Shown piece after piece: positions 1 to 14,900 of a DNA stretch of 64,000 nt; within the stretch, counting starts at the first letter, position 1; each line of letters starts with the position of its first letter. This DNA comes from Monocercomonoides exilis PA203 (lineage: Eukaryota; Protista; Preaxostyla). The notes under the pieces were generated by a model. It searched no databases and was not told the DNA's origin. It saw only the letters and a list, made by a program, of their open reading frames with translations. Both the position numbers and the translations under genes were made by a program. The stretch is taken from the NCBI GenBank assembly GCA_001643675.2, contig LSRY02000003.1, positions 248,001 through 312,000 of the forward strand, read 5' to 3'.

Positions 1-149
1 CCGATTGATAGGCAGGCCTTGTCAAAATTCAATTTTCCTGATGATATTGAATAATCTCTTTGATGTCATTCAAGTTAATTTCTTTTTCAATTTTCTGATC
101 AAAAAATAAGAAAAAAAAAATACTTCAAAAAGAATAAAAATAGAAGTTA

Positions 150-609
150 TCATACGCAATATCCAGATCTACTCAAAGCAAGCAATGCCACTTCCACTCC
201 TTTTTGCGTTGCCTTGTCGTCCTATTTCTTCAATGCAACTTTCAAAAGCAGAGCACACGAAATGATAGTTAGCACAAAGGGAAATCATAGTCAAGCGTTA
301 TATAGCATTCACAAAGATCAATTAGAAGCTTTTTGCTCTTCTTCTCTTATTTTCTTCACATCTTCGTTGAAAATGATCTCCAAATATTTTTTTCAAAAAT
401 GAATCGTTAAAGCATTAATAACATTCAATATTCATCATACAACAACATTCTTTTCGTGTTAGCAATATAACTGCATTTCTCATTGAATATTTCTTTTCTT
501 CAATCATTAAGTGTCTTTTCATGAATAATTCTCTTGGGCAAATCGAACTAAATTTTTCTTTCATTATTTCTTCCACAAATCCTTTCATTTCTTCGGTTTT
601 CTGATTCAT
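150..609 (-). pseudogene. Degraded fragment of a helical-repeat-like protein gene
   Basis: Minus-strand segments read as protein-like (LLKVALKK*DDKATQKGVEVALLALSR; ELFMKRHLMIEEKKYSMRNAVILL) but are broken by stops and frame changes; boundaries approximate. Confidence 0.35.
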
Positions 610-1849
610 TTCAATGCCGCATCAGCTATTCTGATTGTTAATATTATTATTGTGCAAAAAAATGTTAATAACAAATAAATTTAATATGAATATCAGAAAA
701 AATAAATATAAGCAAAACTTTCATACGTTCTGTTTCTTTTTGATTTTCATTTATGCTGATCTCCAACAAAACAAAGTAAACAATGATCTTGACTTCTGTT
801 TCCTTTGTTCAAAATGTTTTTCCATAAATAACAAACAGATTATGAATAAAAATCAAAAATTAACACGTGCATACGAGTTATAAATGAGTTTTTCGTTTTC
901 CACTAAAAGATATGGAAACAGCTAATTCATCATGCTGATCCAACCCATTATAAAATTTTGTTGTTCATAAAAAAGAAAGATCGATAAAAAAGAAGAGTCG
1001 TTCAATAATCACAATTTCATAAATATTAGAAGCAACAAATATGACGATATTAATAATTAATTTCACGCTATTCGACTGTCACCTAGATAATATTTCGCCG
1101 GATTATTATATTATTGAAAATGAGATTAATTGCTAAATGATTTCAATATCCATCAATTTGTATCTTTAACAACAAAAGACAAAACGAAACACATTTGAGA
1201 GTGAATGAATTAAGATATAAAGAAGATTATTCACTTTCGCTCAGTTTTCGTGTCTTCTGCTCATTCAGTTATCTGTACGTTTCATGTGAAAAAAAAAAGA
1301 TTCTCACATCTTTCATTTGTTGTTTTCTATTCATTTTACAAAAAGAAGAACCAAATGTGTCTGAAGCGTTCAAACAAAAAAACAAGACACACACAAATAC
1401 ATCGCTGCATATAAATACATAAAAAATACATATAAAGTACATATTAATATATATATATGCATACACACTGCATACATACAAAATAAGAATAACTACAAAT
1501 ATCACATGCAATCCAACATCCATTGAAGCACTTTTCAAACAAAATAAGATGTGAAATTCTCAACAAATCAAATTCACACAAAAATCACAAAAATCTGGAA
1601 AAGCTTCAAATAAACGAAAAACAAAATACATTGCGAAAGCAAAAGCAATCAATGAAAATATCTCTTTCATTTTCATATTTCTCAAATTCATTCTTTCTTC
1701 ATTTCAGTGTATTTTCATTCCCCACATTTTCTTCACTATCCATCCTCTGTTATTTGCATAATCTGCAAAAAAAACTTTTCAGAAGCTTCACCATTCTCGC
1801 ACCTTTTTCTCTTCGTTTAAATCATTTCCCCTTTCATCTCATTTTTTTC

Positions 1850-4800
1850 TCAATTACATTCCCCTTCCTTCACTTTCTTGCCTTCCTTCTCATCCATCTC
1901 ATTCTCTTCACCCCCCTCTTCTCTTCGTGTTTCCACCACCTCCACTGCATCTGACATCGTCATCACCAATGCATCCTTCGGGAAGTGCGAAATCAGCTCC
2001 CGCTTCACTTCCACAAGTGTCATCCTCCTCGAAGCCTCCTGCTCCACACACCCTTTCACAACACTCCAAAGCGACGATCCCTCTGCACCTGCCATGTTCG
2101 GCATCTCAAACATCCCAATCTTCTCCCCTGCCACCTCTGCCGCATACTCTCCAAACGGAATCTCCAGCGTCAGGCACTCCCACAGCATCATCCCAATCGA
2201 GAAGGCCACTGACTCCTTCGTCGCTCCCATCTTCCTGTTCACCTGCAGCTCTGGCGCCTTCCACCTAAGGCACTCTTTTTTGAAACTATCTTCATCCTCA
2301 AATGCAGATGAAGGAAGGGAGTCATCATCATCATCATCATCACTGGCAGATGTCACAATTGTTGATGATGAGATGGATGATGAATCTGAGTCATCATCTG
2401 ACAATAAGTCAGAATGCATCACAATGCAGATCACCATATGTTCTGAGAACAGCACAATGTGAGGGCTCAGATTGCCGAGGGATTGAAGTGGATTATCCAT
2501 CTCGTCAAAGGAATGGAGTGCGAGATTTGCCACCCAGAACAGGATTTGGGCAGCTGTTTGCTCCCTTTGTTGAAGGCTCCCGATTTCCATCTCCTTCTTC
2601 TCATTTCTTCCATGAAGCAACATGAACAAAGAATCCCTCAGATCCACAATCAGCTTCTCATGTGGAGATGAACAGGCCATTGCATCCACTAAGTTTGACA
2701 TTGACGAGGTCGTGGGGCACAGATCCTCCATTCGAACAAAGGTAGTTTCTGTATCTGTGGATGAAATGGATGGTGATCTCCTTCTTGTTTCCTCCTCTTC
2801 TTCTTTTTCATCTTCCTTTTCAAGTACCCATTCAGGAATTTTGTCTGAATCTTTCCCCAATATGTATTCTGTTGATCCACTCTCACTCAACAGATACTCT
2901 GATGACTCTGAATGCTCCATTGTTTTCTCATACACCCTCTTCTTTATTCTTTCTTCATTCTTCTTCTCTTCTCTCCTCCACTGTTCCTCTGGTGACATCT
3001 CCATCGTCACCATCTCAAACGCCTTCGGATCCTTTTTGATGTTATTATTCACAATCTTTCTCAGATCTTTATTCTCATTCTTCGCTTTCTTCCATCGAAT
3101 AACAAACAAAATAAATCCAATCAAAGCAATCAAAAACAACACAGCAAATATCGCAATTACAACAGATGCCCATGATGATTTTCCTTCTTTTCCTCCTTCT
3201 ACAAGTTTTTCATCACCTTTTGATTGAGGTTCACTTGCATTTTTCAGAATAAATGAATTTGTTGATGAAGGAGATTCTGCATTTCCAAATAAAATATGAA
3301 CGCTCACTTCTATTTCATTTCCACAACTGCTGATAAGATCTTTTGCCATACTTCCTTCAACTTCTCTTTCTGATAAGAATCCATTTGAACCAAAATCATG
3401 TTTTTCAATCTCTTTCTCTTCTCCAAGACTCTTCACAACTGCGAATGAAAGATTGCATGGAACAAGAAGCAATCCTTTGAATGTCAGCTTCAATCTATCT
3501 GTTGTTTCTTTTGCTTCTGCACTTTCCAACACAGGAATGAAGAATGATGAATCCCTTTCTGAAACAATCCCTTCAAAACTGCACCCTTCATTCAACATCC
3601 AAAGTGATGTATTTGGTAAAACTCCATCTCCTCCTTTCAAACTCATCACATTCAATGTTCCTGAATCTGAGCAGATGATGTTTCTTCTCAATGATGGATA
3701 TCCTTCAATTGATGGATTATTGTGGGAGAAATTCCCTGCTTCAATCAAAACGTTCCCTCCACTCATTGTTATTCCACCTTTTGGTGAATTCGACATTGTT
3801 GTATCTTTCATAATCACAGAACTCTTCACAACATCCACAAGAGATCCATCCCATCTGCACATCTCTTCTTCCGCATTCAATTTCTGCTCATTTCTCTCCT
3901 TTGCGCTCCCATCAAAAATGCAACTGTCCATTTTCACATCCAAGCAATTCTCCACTTTCATCAATTTTCCTTTTGTGGTCTTTGAACTTGTTCTCTCCAT
4001 TGTGCAATTTGTCAACTGAACTGTCTTTTTCATTGACAAGCAAGATATCAATGATTCTTCATTTCCTTCAACTGTGATATTTTCTGTTTTGAAATCCTTA
4101 ATTGTCAATTGACCACATTCGTTTATATTTACCAGAGAAGTTATAATTGTTGAATTACAAATCGTTAATAAATAAATCACTGATAGAAGCGGCGATGAAA
4201 GATGCAATGCTGATTCATGAAGAATGAGATTTGATATTGTGCATTCCATAAGTTGTAATTCTCCTTTTTCCATATTAAAAATGTGAAATGGAATGATTGC
4301 AAAAACTTCATTAACTCCTTCTGTCAATTGTTTTGAACTGAATGAGCAATTCACAATTTCAAGAATCCCTCCCTCTGGTGATATCAGTGATTCATGTTGA
4401 GAAACGAAATTTGGATCAAACACAAAATTCGCTCTCATCAATGAAACTGTTCCTGTTGTTGTTATCAAACAATCCTTTGCTTTTGTTATCCCTGATTTCA
4501 CTTCAACTTCACACAAGCCTCTGCTCTTTGAACTCAAATTCATCTCTTTCAGACTTATCTCTTCCCCAATCACACTCTCAGTGTCAACATACAACAGGCT
4601 CACATATTCAGATGTCAAATGCGCCAGACCATGCTCAATCGAATAACAAGGAAACACATCACTTCCACATCCCAATGTGTCATGCCCATCTTTCGAAACA
4701 GACACAACCATCCACTTCAAAGAAACAAGAAACACTCGAAGATCCATTTCTCCATATTTCCCATCTTCCCCAACAAATGCATTCTCATCATCCTTGTAAT

Positions 4801-7800
4801 CTGTGCAATCAAATGCAAAACGCTCTGTATTCACGCTGGCCACAAGATTCCCACTCTTCACAAACATGTTCTTCCCAACTGTTGCTGAGCATCCAGAAAA
4901 CGATATCGATGAAAGTTGAAATCCTCCTTCATTCAGACTGCAATCCAGATATATCCCTCCTCCTTTTCCTCCATCGCTGACATCTTCATTCACGCAGCAG
5001 CTGGAGAAGATGGTGTCACTCACCGAAAACGTATTGTCAGAGACGGTTGAGGCGAATGAGATGCACCCGCCATTGGTGGCAGTCTGTTGGCTCAACTGTT
5101 CTGAGTTGATGTTGGTGATGGTGCAGTTGGCGAGGGAGAGGGAGAGGGCAGGGGAGGTGGCAGAGGAGAGGACACAGCTGGTGGGGGTGGCTGTGGAGGT
5201 GATGTCGGTGATGTTGGAGGAGTTGAGGGTGAGAGGACTGGAGAGGAAGGTGAGGTGGAAGATGCTTTGGCTGTTGAGGGAGAGACTGGTGATTGCTGTG
5301 TGGTTGAGGGCGAGGGAGCCAGCAGTGAGGAAGAAGAGGGGAGTTTTTATTGTTATGGAGGTTGTTCCGGTGATGGTGGTTGTGTTGAGGTTGAGGGAAG
5401 GGGAGTTACCGGAGAGGTGGAAGAGGATGGGGGTGATGGTGTTTGTGGAGTTGTGAGCGATGGCGAGGGCAGAGACTGTGAGGGAGCCCTGGGTCTGTTG
5501 AAAGAGGGCAGACGAGGCAGATGGATCTGGTGAAGAAGATGCAGATGAAAATGATGAAAATGATGAAAATGATGATGTTGATTGTGATGACTGTGAATGT
5601 GAGTTTTGTGGTTGGGGAATGCCACTGGAGGCGATGGTGGTGGCATCTGTGCCATTTCCTGTGATTTTAGTGTCAACCGCGCTGAAAGTGAGTGTTTGAG
5701 TTGGAACAAATGTTGAGGTGAGGAGGGTGAGAGAGGCGTCTTGGGGATCTGTCATGCGAACAAGAGCATGTTCTATTGTTTTGCATGGACTGAGTTGTGT
5801 GATTCCGCAGAGATCGGTGTTTGTCCCATTATTTGATACGATTTTGAATGTTGTTATGAGAGGGAGCCATCTGTTGTACACTGCATTGTCAGCTGTTCCT
5901 TGATTCCACACTCGATTTGTTGGAGTTGTTGATCCACATTGCTGGAATGGGGATTGGGTGATTGCATTGCCATTAAAAAACACATCATTTCCCCTGCCAT
6001 TAGTTGCAGTGTTGCCATCGAAGAAGCAGAAAGTGATAAATCTAATTTCATTCATCCAAGTCAAAAATGCATCCAAATAAATACCAGCTCCTCCGCGTGT
6101 AGATGAAGTTGACGTCAATTCATTATTTGCAAATTGACACTCATTGATTGAAAACTGACTTGGTTTTATCTGAGGAGGCCAATTAAATGTTAGAGAGCCA
6201 GCAGCAACACCACCAGAATTTGCGATACACTTGCATTTGGTGAATAGAAATTGACCAGATGCAGACAAGTCGTTTAGCAAGAAATACCAACCAGTTCCAT
6301 AAACGCCCGTTATTTGACAATTTTCAACGATATTATCTGAGAATGAATAAACAGAATTTAATTGTGACCCACCAATACAATTTGCTCCTCCATGTTCAGC
6401 TGAGCAACCCGTGAAATTAGATTTAGCGATGTTCACATTTTGTAAACTGTAACAATATAACGCTCCACCATTATATCCTCCTGTGCATGAACATTTGCTG
6501 AATGAACACGACGTGATTGTGAGATTGGCATTTGTACAAATAACATAAAGTGCTCCACCAGGTGAAGAGTCACCATTTGAATTATTCCATTCGCACCATT
6601 CGAAGCGATGACTGTTTTGATCGAATGAACCCAATCTTCCAAGTTTCACTCTTTGAGATTCAGATCCGACATGCACGACAGCAGTATTGGCTGAAGATCG
6701 TGTTTGGTGGAGGAAAGAAGTGTTGAATACAGAGAGAGAAGTGGATGGGCTGTTGAGGTTGGGGAGAATAGAACCATCGATGGGGTTGTGGGTGTGGAGG
6801 AAGATGGTTGAGTGGATGGAGATGGATGAGTGAAGGGAGAAGGAGTGGATTGTATTGGTGTTGGTGTTGGTGTTGGTGGAAGAAGAGGAAGAGGAAAAGG
6901 TGGTTGAAGTGAATGGGTTTAGTGAGTGTGAGGGAAGGGATGGAAGAGATAGAGGGGATTGAGGAGATGAGATGTTGGAGAAGAGGGTGTTTGAGAGATG
7001 GAGATGGAGGTGGATTTGGAGGTGGGGATGGGATTGGTGATGGATATAGAGAGGGGAAGGGGAAGAGGAAATAGAAGGGGAAGGGGAAGAAAAAGAAGAT
7101 GATGAGGATGAGGATGAGATGTTGGAGAAGAGGGTGTTTGAGAGATGGAGATGGAGGTGGATTTGGAGGTGGGGATGGGATTGGTGATGGATATAGAGAG
7201 GGGAAGGGGAAGAGGAAATAGAAGGGGAAGGGGAAGAAAAAGAAGATGATGAGGATGAGGATGAGGATGAGGAAGGAGAAGAGGAAAGGGAAGGGGATGG
7301 AGAAGGGGATGGGGAAGAGAGGGAAGAAGGAGAAAAAAGGAAAGGCTGGACGAGGGAGATGAAGGAGGAGAAAGAGGAGTGGGAGATGGAGAAGGAGGCA
7401 GGGATTGGGGAGTGGGCATCTGAGAGGAGATTGTTTGGGGTGGAGAAGAGGGGGAAGGAGAAGATGGCAGGTTGGTGGGTGGTGAGGGAGAAGTTTGTGA
7501 GGGCGAGGGAGGCATGGCCAGAGAGGAAAAGTGGAGATTTTGTTGCTGGGTTGACTTGGCAAGTGGAGGAACAGATGGTGGCAGCTGAATGTTGCTGAGA
7601 AGTGAGGAGTGGACAACCGCTGAGAGGGATGATGTTGAGATGGGTCACACACAAGGAGGCGTTGACGATATTTAGACTTGTTTGAATACCGTAAATATGA
7701 TTGTCAGCTGGTTTTATTACTTTCGCCAATGGATTGTCTACATTATGTTTGTTATTGGCATTCTCATCTGCTATGTTGATCATGCTTTTCTGCATCTGCT

Positions 7801-7969
7801 CGTTCATGTCTTGTTGAAATTGCCTTTCTGAATTGTTTTTGTCATTACAGCAATTGACAACGAGTAAAAGCAATGCAACAATATTTATTGCAACTTTCAT
7901 GTAGAGATGTGTATCGATACGGATGTGGATGCAGGAAAAACGGAGAAATGAAAAATTATCGCTGCCCAT
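1850..7969 (-). CDS. Giant single-pass surface protein (GGA(I/L) beta-helix-like repeats, CG-x4-PC modules, TM, degenerate kinase-like tail); probable start 7900 (MKVAINIVALLLLVV)
   Basis: 2039-aa ORF with a signal-like N-terminus, GGALY/GGGIY repeats, TM WASVVIAIFAVLFLIALIGFILFVI followed by RWKK, and kinase C-lobe motifs (RWKAPE, VAFSIGMMLWECLTLEIPF) without HRD/DFG. Paralog of 44670-52301. Confidence 0.85.
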   Translation of the reverse strand: MGSDNFSFLRFSCIHIRIDTHLYMKVAINIVALLLLVVNCCNDKNNSERQFQQDMNEQMQKSMINIADENANNKHNVDNPLAKVIKPADNHIYGIQTSLNIVNASLCVTHLNIIPLSGCPLLTSQQHSAATICSSTCQVNPATKSPLFLSGHASLALTNFSLTTHQPAIFSFPLFSTPNNLLSDAHSPIPASFSISHSSFSSFISLVQPFLFSPSSLSSPSPSPSPSLSSSPSSSSSSSSSSSFSSPSPSISSSPSPLYIHHQSHPHLQIHLHLHLSNTLFSNISSSSSSSSFSSPSPSISSSPSPLYIHHQSHPHLQIHLHLHLSNTLFSNISSPQSPLSLPSLPSHSLNPFTSTTFSSSSSSTNTNTNTNTIHSFSLHSSISIHSTIFLHTHNPIDGSILPNLNSPSTSLSVFNTSFLHQTRSSANTAVVHVGSESQRVKLGRLGSFDQNSHRFEWCEWNNSNGDSSPGGALYVICTNANLTITSCSFSKCSCTGGYNGGALYCYSLQNVNIAKSNFTGCSAEHGGANCIGGSQLNSVYSFSDNIVENCQITGVYGTGWYFLLNDLSASGQFLFTKCKCIANSGGVAAGSLTFNWPPQIKPSQFSINECQFANNELTSTSSTRGGAGIYLDAFLTWMNEIRFITFCFFDGNTATNGRGNDVFFNGNAITQSPFQQCGSTTPTNRVWNQGTADNAVYNRWLPLITTFKIVSNNGTNTDLCGITQLSPCKTIEHALVRMTDPQDASLTLLTSTFVPTQTLTFSAVDTKITGNGTDATTIASSGIPQPQNSHSQSSQSTSSFSSFSSFSSASSSPDPSASSALFQQTQGSLTVSALAIAHNSTNTITPILFHLSGNSPSLNLNTTTITGTTSITIKTPLFFLTAGSLALNHTAITSLSLNSQSIFHLTFLSSPLTLNSSNITDITSTATPTSCVLSSATSPALSLSLANCTITNINSEQLSQQTATNGGCISFASTVSDNTFSVSDTIFSSCCVNEDVSDGGKGGGIYLDCSLNEGGFQLSSISFSGCSATVGKNMFVKSGNLVASVNTERFAFDCTDYKDDENAFVGEDGKYGEMDLRVFLVSLKWMVVSVSKDGHDTLGCGSDVFPCYSIEHGLAHLTSEYVSLLYVDTESVIGEEISLKEMNLSSKSRGLCEVEVKSGITKAKDCLITTTGTVSLMRANFVFDPNFVSQHESLISPEGGILEIVNCSFSSKQLTEGVNEVFAIIPFHIFNMEKGELQLMECTISNLILHESALHLSSPLLSVIYLLTICNSTIITSLVNINECGQLTIKDFKTENITVEGNEESLISCLSMKKTVQLTNCTMERTSSKTTKGKLMKVENCLDVKMDSCIFDGSAKERNEQKLNAEEEMCRWDGSLVDVVKSSVIMKDTTMSNSPKGGITMSGGNVLIEAGNFSHNNPSIEGYPSLRRNIICSDSGTLNVMSLKGGDGVLPNTSLWMLNEGCSFEGIVSERDSSFFIPVLESAEAKETTDRLKLTFKGLLLVPCNLSFAVVKSLGEEKEIEKHDFGSNGFLSEREVEGSMAKDLISSCGNEIEVSVHILFGNAESPSSTNSFILKNASEPQSKGDEKLVEGGKEGKSSWASVVIAIFAVLFLIALIGFILFVIRWKKAKNENKDLRKIVNNNIKKDPKAFEMVTMEMSPEEQWRREEKKNEERIKKRVYEKTMEHSESSEYLLSESGSTEYILGKDSDKIPEWVLEKEDEKEEEEETRRRSPSISSTDTETTFVRMEDLCPTTSSMSNLVDAMACSSPHEKLIVDLRDSLFMLLHGRNEKKEMEIGSLQQREQTAAQILFWVANLALHSFDEMDNPLQSLGNLSPHIVLFSEHMVICIVMHSDLLSDDDSDSSSISSSTIVTSASDDDDDDDSLPSSAFEDEDSFKKECLRWKAPELQVNRKMGATKESVAFSIGMMLWECLTLEIPFGEYAAEVAGEKIGMFEMPNMAGAEGSSLWSVVKGCVEQEASRRMTLVEVKRELISHFPKDALVMTMSDAVEVVETRREEGGEENEMDEKEGKKVKEGECN
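6966..7259 (-). repeat. In-frame tandem duplication, 2 x 147 bp (49 aa)
   Basis: GATGTTGGAGAAGAGGGTG starts at 6971 and at 7118; the peptide SPSPLYIHHQSHPHLQIHLHLHLSNTLFSNISS occurs twice here and once in the paralog. Confidence 0.9.
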
Positions 7970-8619
7970 ATTATAAAAAATAAAAATATTAAAATATGGG
8001 ACAAAATTTTTTCATTAGACCTTTTTCGTTTCAATTTATGATACTTGCAAAGAATGAGTGATTGTGAATTGGAAAGGATTAATTTGATTTGATTAAGTCA
8101 AATATGATTTTACTCAATCAGAATCTTGATCACTTTCAAATTTTGTTATATACCACTTTCGATCGACAATATTTTGTTTGTCCTTTATAGTTTGATATTT
8201 GCATTTTGGGGTATTAAGACTTTCTTTAAACTTATTATTAATGTTTTTTTCGATATTTTTGCTAACTATCAAATTTAATAACTGCTTCTGATTCGGATCG
8301 ATTCAGCTGGACAAAATCAATTTTTTGTGAACGAAGTATATTGTGCCAAAGAAAAAAACCAACAATATATATTTGTTTTTATCTCGTTTTAGCTTTTACA
8401 ACTTTGGTTTTTTGAATATCACTTCGATTTAACATCAAAACTGCAATATGGACTAATATGATTTTTATTCATAATTTTTTGAAACATCAGAATTTTTTTA
8501 AAGAAAAAAAAATTGTTAAATATGAATAATTGTTATTTATGAATGATTTGAAACATGTCATTAAATACGAATGAATGATATGAAGATATAAAAGCACTGA
8601 GAATAAGATTCAACGTATT

Positions 8620-10506
<1,887 letters not shown>

Positions 10507-11952
10507 GATATATTTTTATAAATATTTATTAATAACAATTTTGACCATTATTTTATTTCTTCTTAAATGATCATTATCCCCGAATTTCTGAATTATGAAT
10601 TGAGTCAATCAAAACTGATTTGATTGCAGATAAATAGAATTAAATCGATATATTTTATTTTGAATATATTCAAATTGAAATACTTAAATAAATATAGTAT
10701 AGTTCTATTTATGAAAAATTCAAAGATTTGTTCCAAACATTTTCTGCAATCGAATGATAATTATTCTAACATTATCGTGCAATATTTCATAGGTAATAGT
10801 CGATTAGATTGACACCCTAAAAAATCGTTAAGTCAACTTAATATTTGGAAAAATCTACTTATTTTGCAAATAGAAGTTTATTGACAAACTTTTAACAAAA
10901 TTCAATTTTCTTGCTTTTTTTACGAAAAACGAGGAGTTATACATAAAAAAGGGAATTATGATCATTTCAATAATCAAGTTTGAATCTGATTTGTTTAAAA
11001 AAGGAATTCTCAACCCAATTTACAATTTTCACATTGAAGAAACATGATGAATATGATAACAGTTACAGAAATAGACTTGTAAAATACCGAATGAGAGAAG
11101 GGAACAGCATTGGCTGTTTTCATTAATTGAGAAAATATTATAAGGGGAGAGCTGATCGAATTAAGAAATCAAAAATAAAAAGAATCTGAAGGTATAGTTG
11201 ATTTATTTTTTGATTAAACAGACGAAATATCGTTTACTAATACTTTTTAAAAAGAAAATTTGACGAATAAGATAACGAAGCCAAACCCTAAGTGATTTTA
11301 ATTAATTGCTCCTTTTCCCACTTCAAACCCTAATTTCAAAACTCAAATGCTACAAAACACATTTATTATTATAAGTTTGTTATTGTTATCAAAAAGAAAT
11401 CCAAAATTTTGTATATTTTTGTGTGTCGATCTAATCGACTAATGCCATTTCATTTTTAAATTTAAAAAATCGAAAAAAAATCTTTGAAAGAACTATGTGG
11501 AACAAAATTCATAAAACATAAAATTTTGTCCCATATGTCTGATCGTGTCTTTCAATAAATTGAAGTGATATTAAAAAGATATTGCATTTGAAAATGAAAT
11601 TTCATATTTCTGTCTATTCTATTTTCTGTTTTTATATTTTTGTATTCTTTTGTTGTCAATGGATGTAATTTTTTTTGGAAATATCACTTTTTAACAGACA
11701 AGGTGATTGATAATCAAACCTCCACTTCACCCTTTGGTACAAAATATTCGTCATTCACTTCTTTTGCTTATTTTTTTTAAAAAAAAAATGGAAAACAAGT
11801 GATTAATATGACGAACTTTTTTCTTTTCTTCGCATGGTTCATCTTTTCATTGCGTATTAATCTCGACATAAGAAAAAATATTTTTGGATCAAACACAAAA
11901 CAAAGTTTTAATAAAAATCTAAATCTAAAATGCGCACTCAAAGAAATCATAT

Positions 11953-14900
11953 TTAATAGAAAATGTCAAATGAATCAATCTGAACATTATTTAAAGAATG
12001 GACATTCTTTTCGCTTTGGTTATTTAACTTTCTCGTTCTTTTTTGAATTGCGTGCTCTTTTGCTTCCCGAGAAATGCGAAATTTTTCGTTTTGTATATTG
12101 CTATCTCCACAAATTTCCGAATCAGGCATTGCTTCCATCTCCGTATAGCTTAATAGATGTTTGCTCGCCGTAAGATGATTGATTGCCACGCTTTGAGTCT
12201 GTTTTGCTGATTCAATCGCTCTTCTTTCTTGCTCTTGCGCCCGCAAATTGCGCACAACAATTCCTTTTATCAGCATTTTCTTTGCTTCCTTCCACTTACT
12301 CTGCGGAATTCTGCTCAAATCCAACTCGCCATCTAACAGCATTTCAATCTCTTTTTCATCAATGTACGCCTCTTCCTTATTTGTTTTGCTATCTTCATTC
12401 GCTGAATCATTATCTTCGCTCCTATTTATTTCCCCTTCGGTTTCATCTTCCGCTTCAACCTGTAATGGATTGACAAGTACACCTTCTAAAAAGTCGTCTT
12501 CTCTATTTTTGACTATTTCAGCTTCTCTTCTTTCAAAAGCTTCTGCTTTCTCTCTCAGCATCTCCTCCCTCTTCTCTGCTGCCTTTTCCCACGCTAACTC
12601 CTTCGCCGCTCTTTCTTCCTCCGTCTCCAGAACCACTTCCTTTTTCAGAAGCTCTTCTTTGCTCACCCAAATCGTCTTCCCCAACAGAACAAGCACTGTT
12701 TGAACAGTCAGACACAAAGTGCCCACAAACACGCCAAACCACACACACTCAACAGCTCTTGTGAGCCAGACAAACAAAGGCGTCGCAACTGATTCAATCA
12801 CCGAATCTACTCGCCCTTCCGACAAATACTGCTCTCCCTGCGCAACAAACCGATCTGCAGCGCTCTTCGTTTCAGCCAGCCCTCGTTTCAGCCGGCTTTC
12901 GAAAGGCGGCTGCAGATAAACGCCTTCTGCAAGAAGAGGATTGAGTGTTGAGTTGCTGGCTGTGGCACTCTCCAGAATATCAAGAGCCGAACTTATCTGT
13001 GTTTTCAAAGCTTTCACCAATGGATTAGTTGCATTCTGTTTTTCACGAATTGATGGCGTGCTTATGAAATATGAGTAGAATTCAGAGAGAAAATTCGGAG
13101 AATACGAAATGAGAGTGAATGGTGAGGCATCAAGCTGAGGTGATGAAAGGTGGAACACGTCTGAAGGATGATGTGAGCGAAAGTTGGATGTGAATGAAGT
13201 GGCTGGTGAATGAGTCTTAGGCGTTTGAAATTGTTGCGTCGAAACAGAAGAAGAGCGGTGAAATGAAGAGTGTGAAATGAGCCTTGAATTTGAAGCAGAA
13301 TGTAATTCTTGCTGGTTGCTCGGCCGAACAACCAAATTCGTTCGATTAATTCTGTTCACAAAAGAAGGAAAACAATAAAAAGAAGGCAACGCATCTTTTG
13401 TTGGTCTCAGCATTTCCCAGTGGATATCTGAGGCAGATTCCATTGCATATCTATTGCTCTTTAAGCCTAAATTCTCTTTCAAATTAACTTTATCATTGTT
13501 TGGCAGAGGTGATGAGAATTTATGGAATAAAGATTCAGAAGTATTCAAAAATCCTGTTTCAACAGCTGATGCACTTGTTACATTGGACGTCTTTTTAACA
13601 AATCTTCTGAAAACAGAAGAAGACGGAGAAGCCCTTCTTTGCTCGGCATATGGCTCCTCTCCTGATCTCATTCTTGCTTTGATAAGTGGATCGAACACAG
13701 ACCCGTCGCAATTAGAGGACGAAGAACGAGAAAATACAGATTGCAATGATGAGTCTGTGTAGTGTTGTCTGACATCAACAGGAGAATAGACAATAATCTG
13801 AGTATTCAAATCTTCATTCGTTTTTCTGGTTTCAATGTTATTTTTGATAAATTCATTTTGTTCAAAAGAATTTGCTTTTGTTCCAGAGCCTGATGATTGA
13901 GGCTCCATCCACAGCATCGAAATTGGCTGTGGGTAAATCTGATTCCCTTCGTCTTCTTTCTCATCCTGCAACGATTTGAATGGACGAGCCTTTGAAACGT
14001 CACTAAGACACTGCGCATATTCAGAATAATCTCCCCATTCGCTGCCAATCACCAGGTCGCTCGCAATCTTCTGAGACGTCTGTGTTTCCAATGCCTTTGG
14101 AGCTTCTTCAAACACAAAATACGACAAATCGTGGAAGAACGGGGCACAAGAAGCGAGGACAATCATCGGCACAGCGACAAACACTGCAATAGCTGCATTG
14201 CAGCCAACAAGGCAATTGAGCGACTTCAGAGTCGGATTTCGAATGAAAAACAGAACAATAAGCAGAACGATAAATGCCAAGCAGGCAAGACTTGCAATCC
14301 CTCCAAAAAGATAGCAAATTACACTGAGCCAAACAGAGTTGTTCGAAAAAAAGCTGTTCCATCTCTGAAAAGGAGGAGAATTAATAATTTCATTTGATAT
14401 GATTTGCAAGTTTATTTTGAACAAGTCTGGAGCTTCGCGCAATGAATATGTGAAATATATCATTTTTTGAAATGTGGAAACAAATGGATTGATGGCCTTG
14501 TCAATCGCTTCAACAGAATCGCTCAGGTCAACTGAATTAGAATGAAATGAATTGTCGTCCTTTATTTTATTGTGATGTTGCACATTCTTCACTTTGCTAT
14601 GTTTTCCATTCAAATGCTGTTCTGTCTGTTCGTTTGAAATTTTCTCTTCATTAGATGATTCCCTTATTCTCGTCAGTGCCTGCTCCAGTTGAGTCAGATT
14701 CTGCTCAGCGTTGGCAATACTCGAAATGAAGTCTGAGTGGAAAATTTCAGCCTGCTGCTCAGCGTAGCTCTGAAGGATTGCAGTTCCATTGATGTACTCT
14801 GGAATGACTGACAAATTACTGCGCACAATTACTATGCCTTCGGCCTCTTGAGACATTCTGTTTCTTTTTTTGTGAAGAAAATGAGGGTTTTGAATGGAAT

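Noticed and set aside
11283-11335. Two AAACCCTAA telomere-like motifs
   Set aside because: Isolated copies, not an array; compatible with chance in AT-rich DNA.
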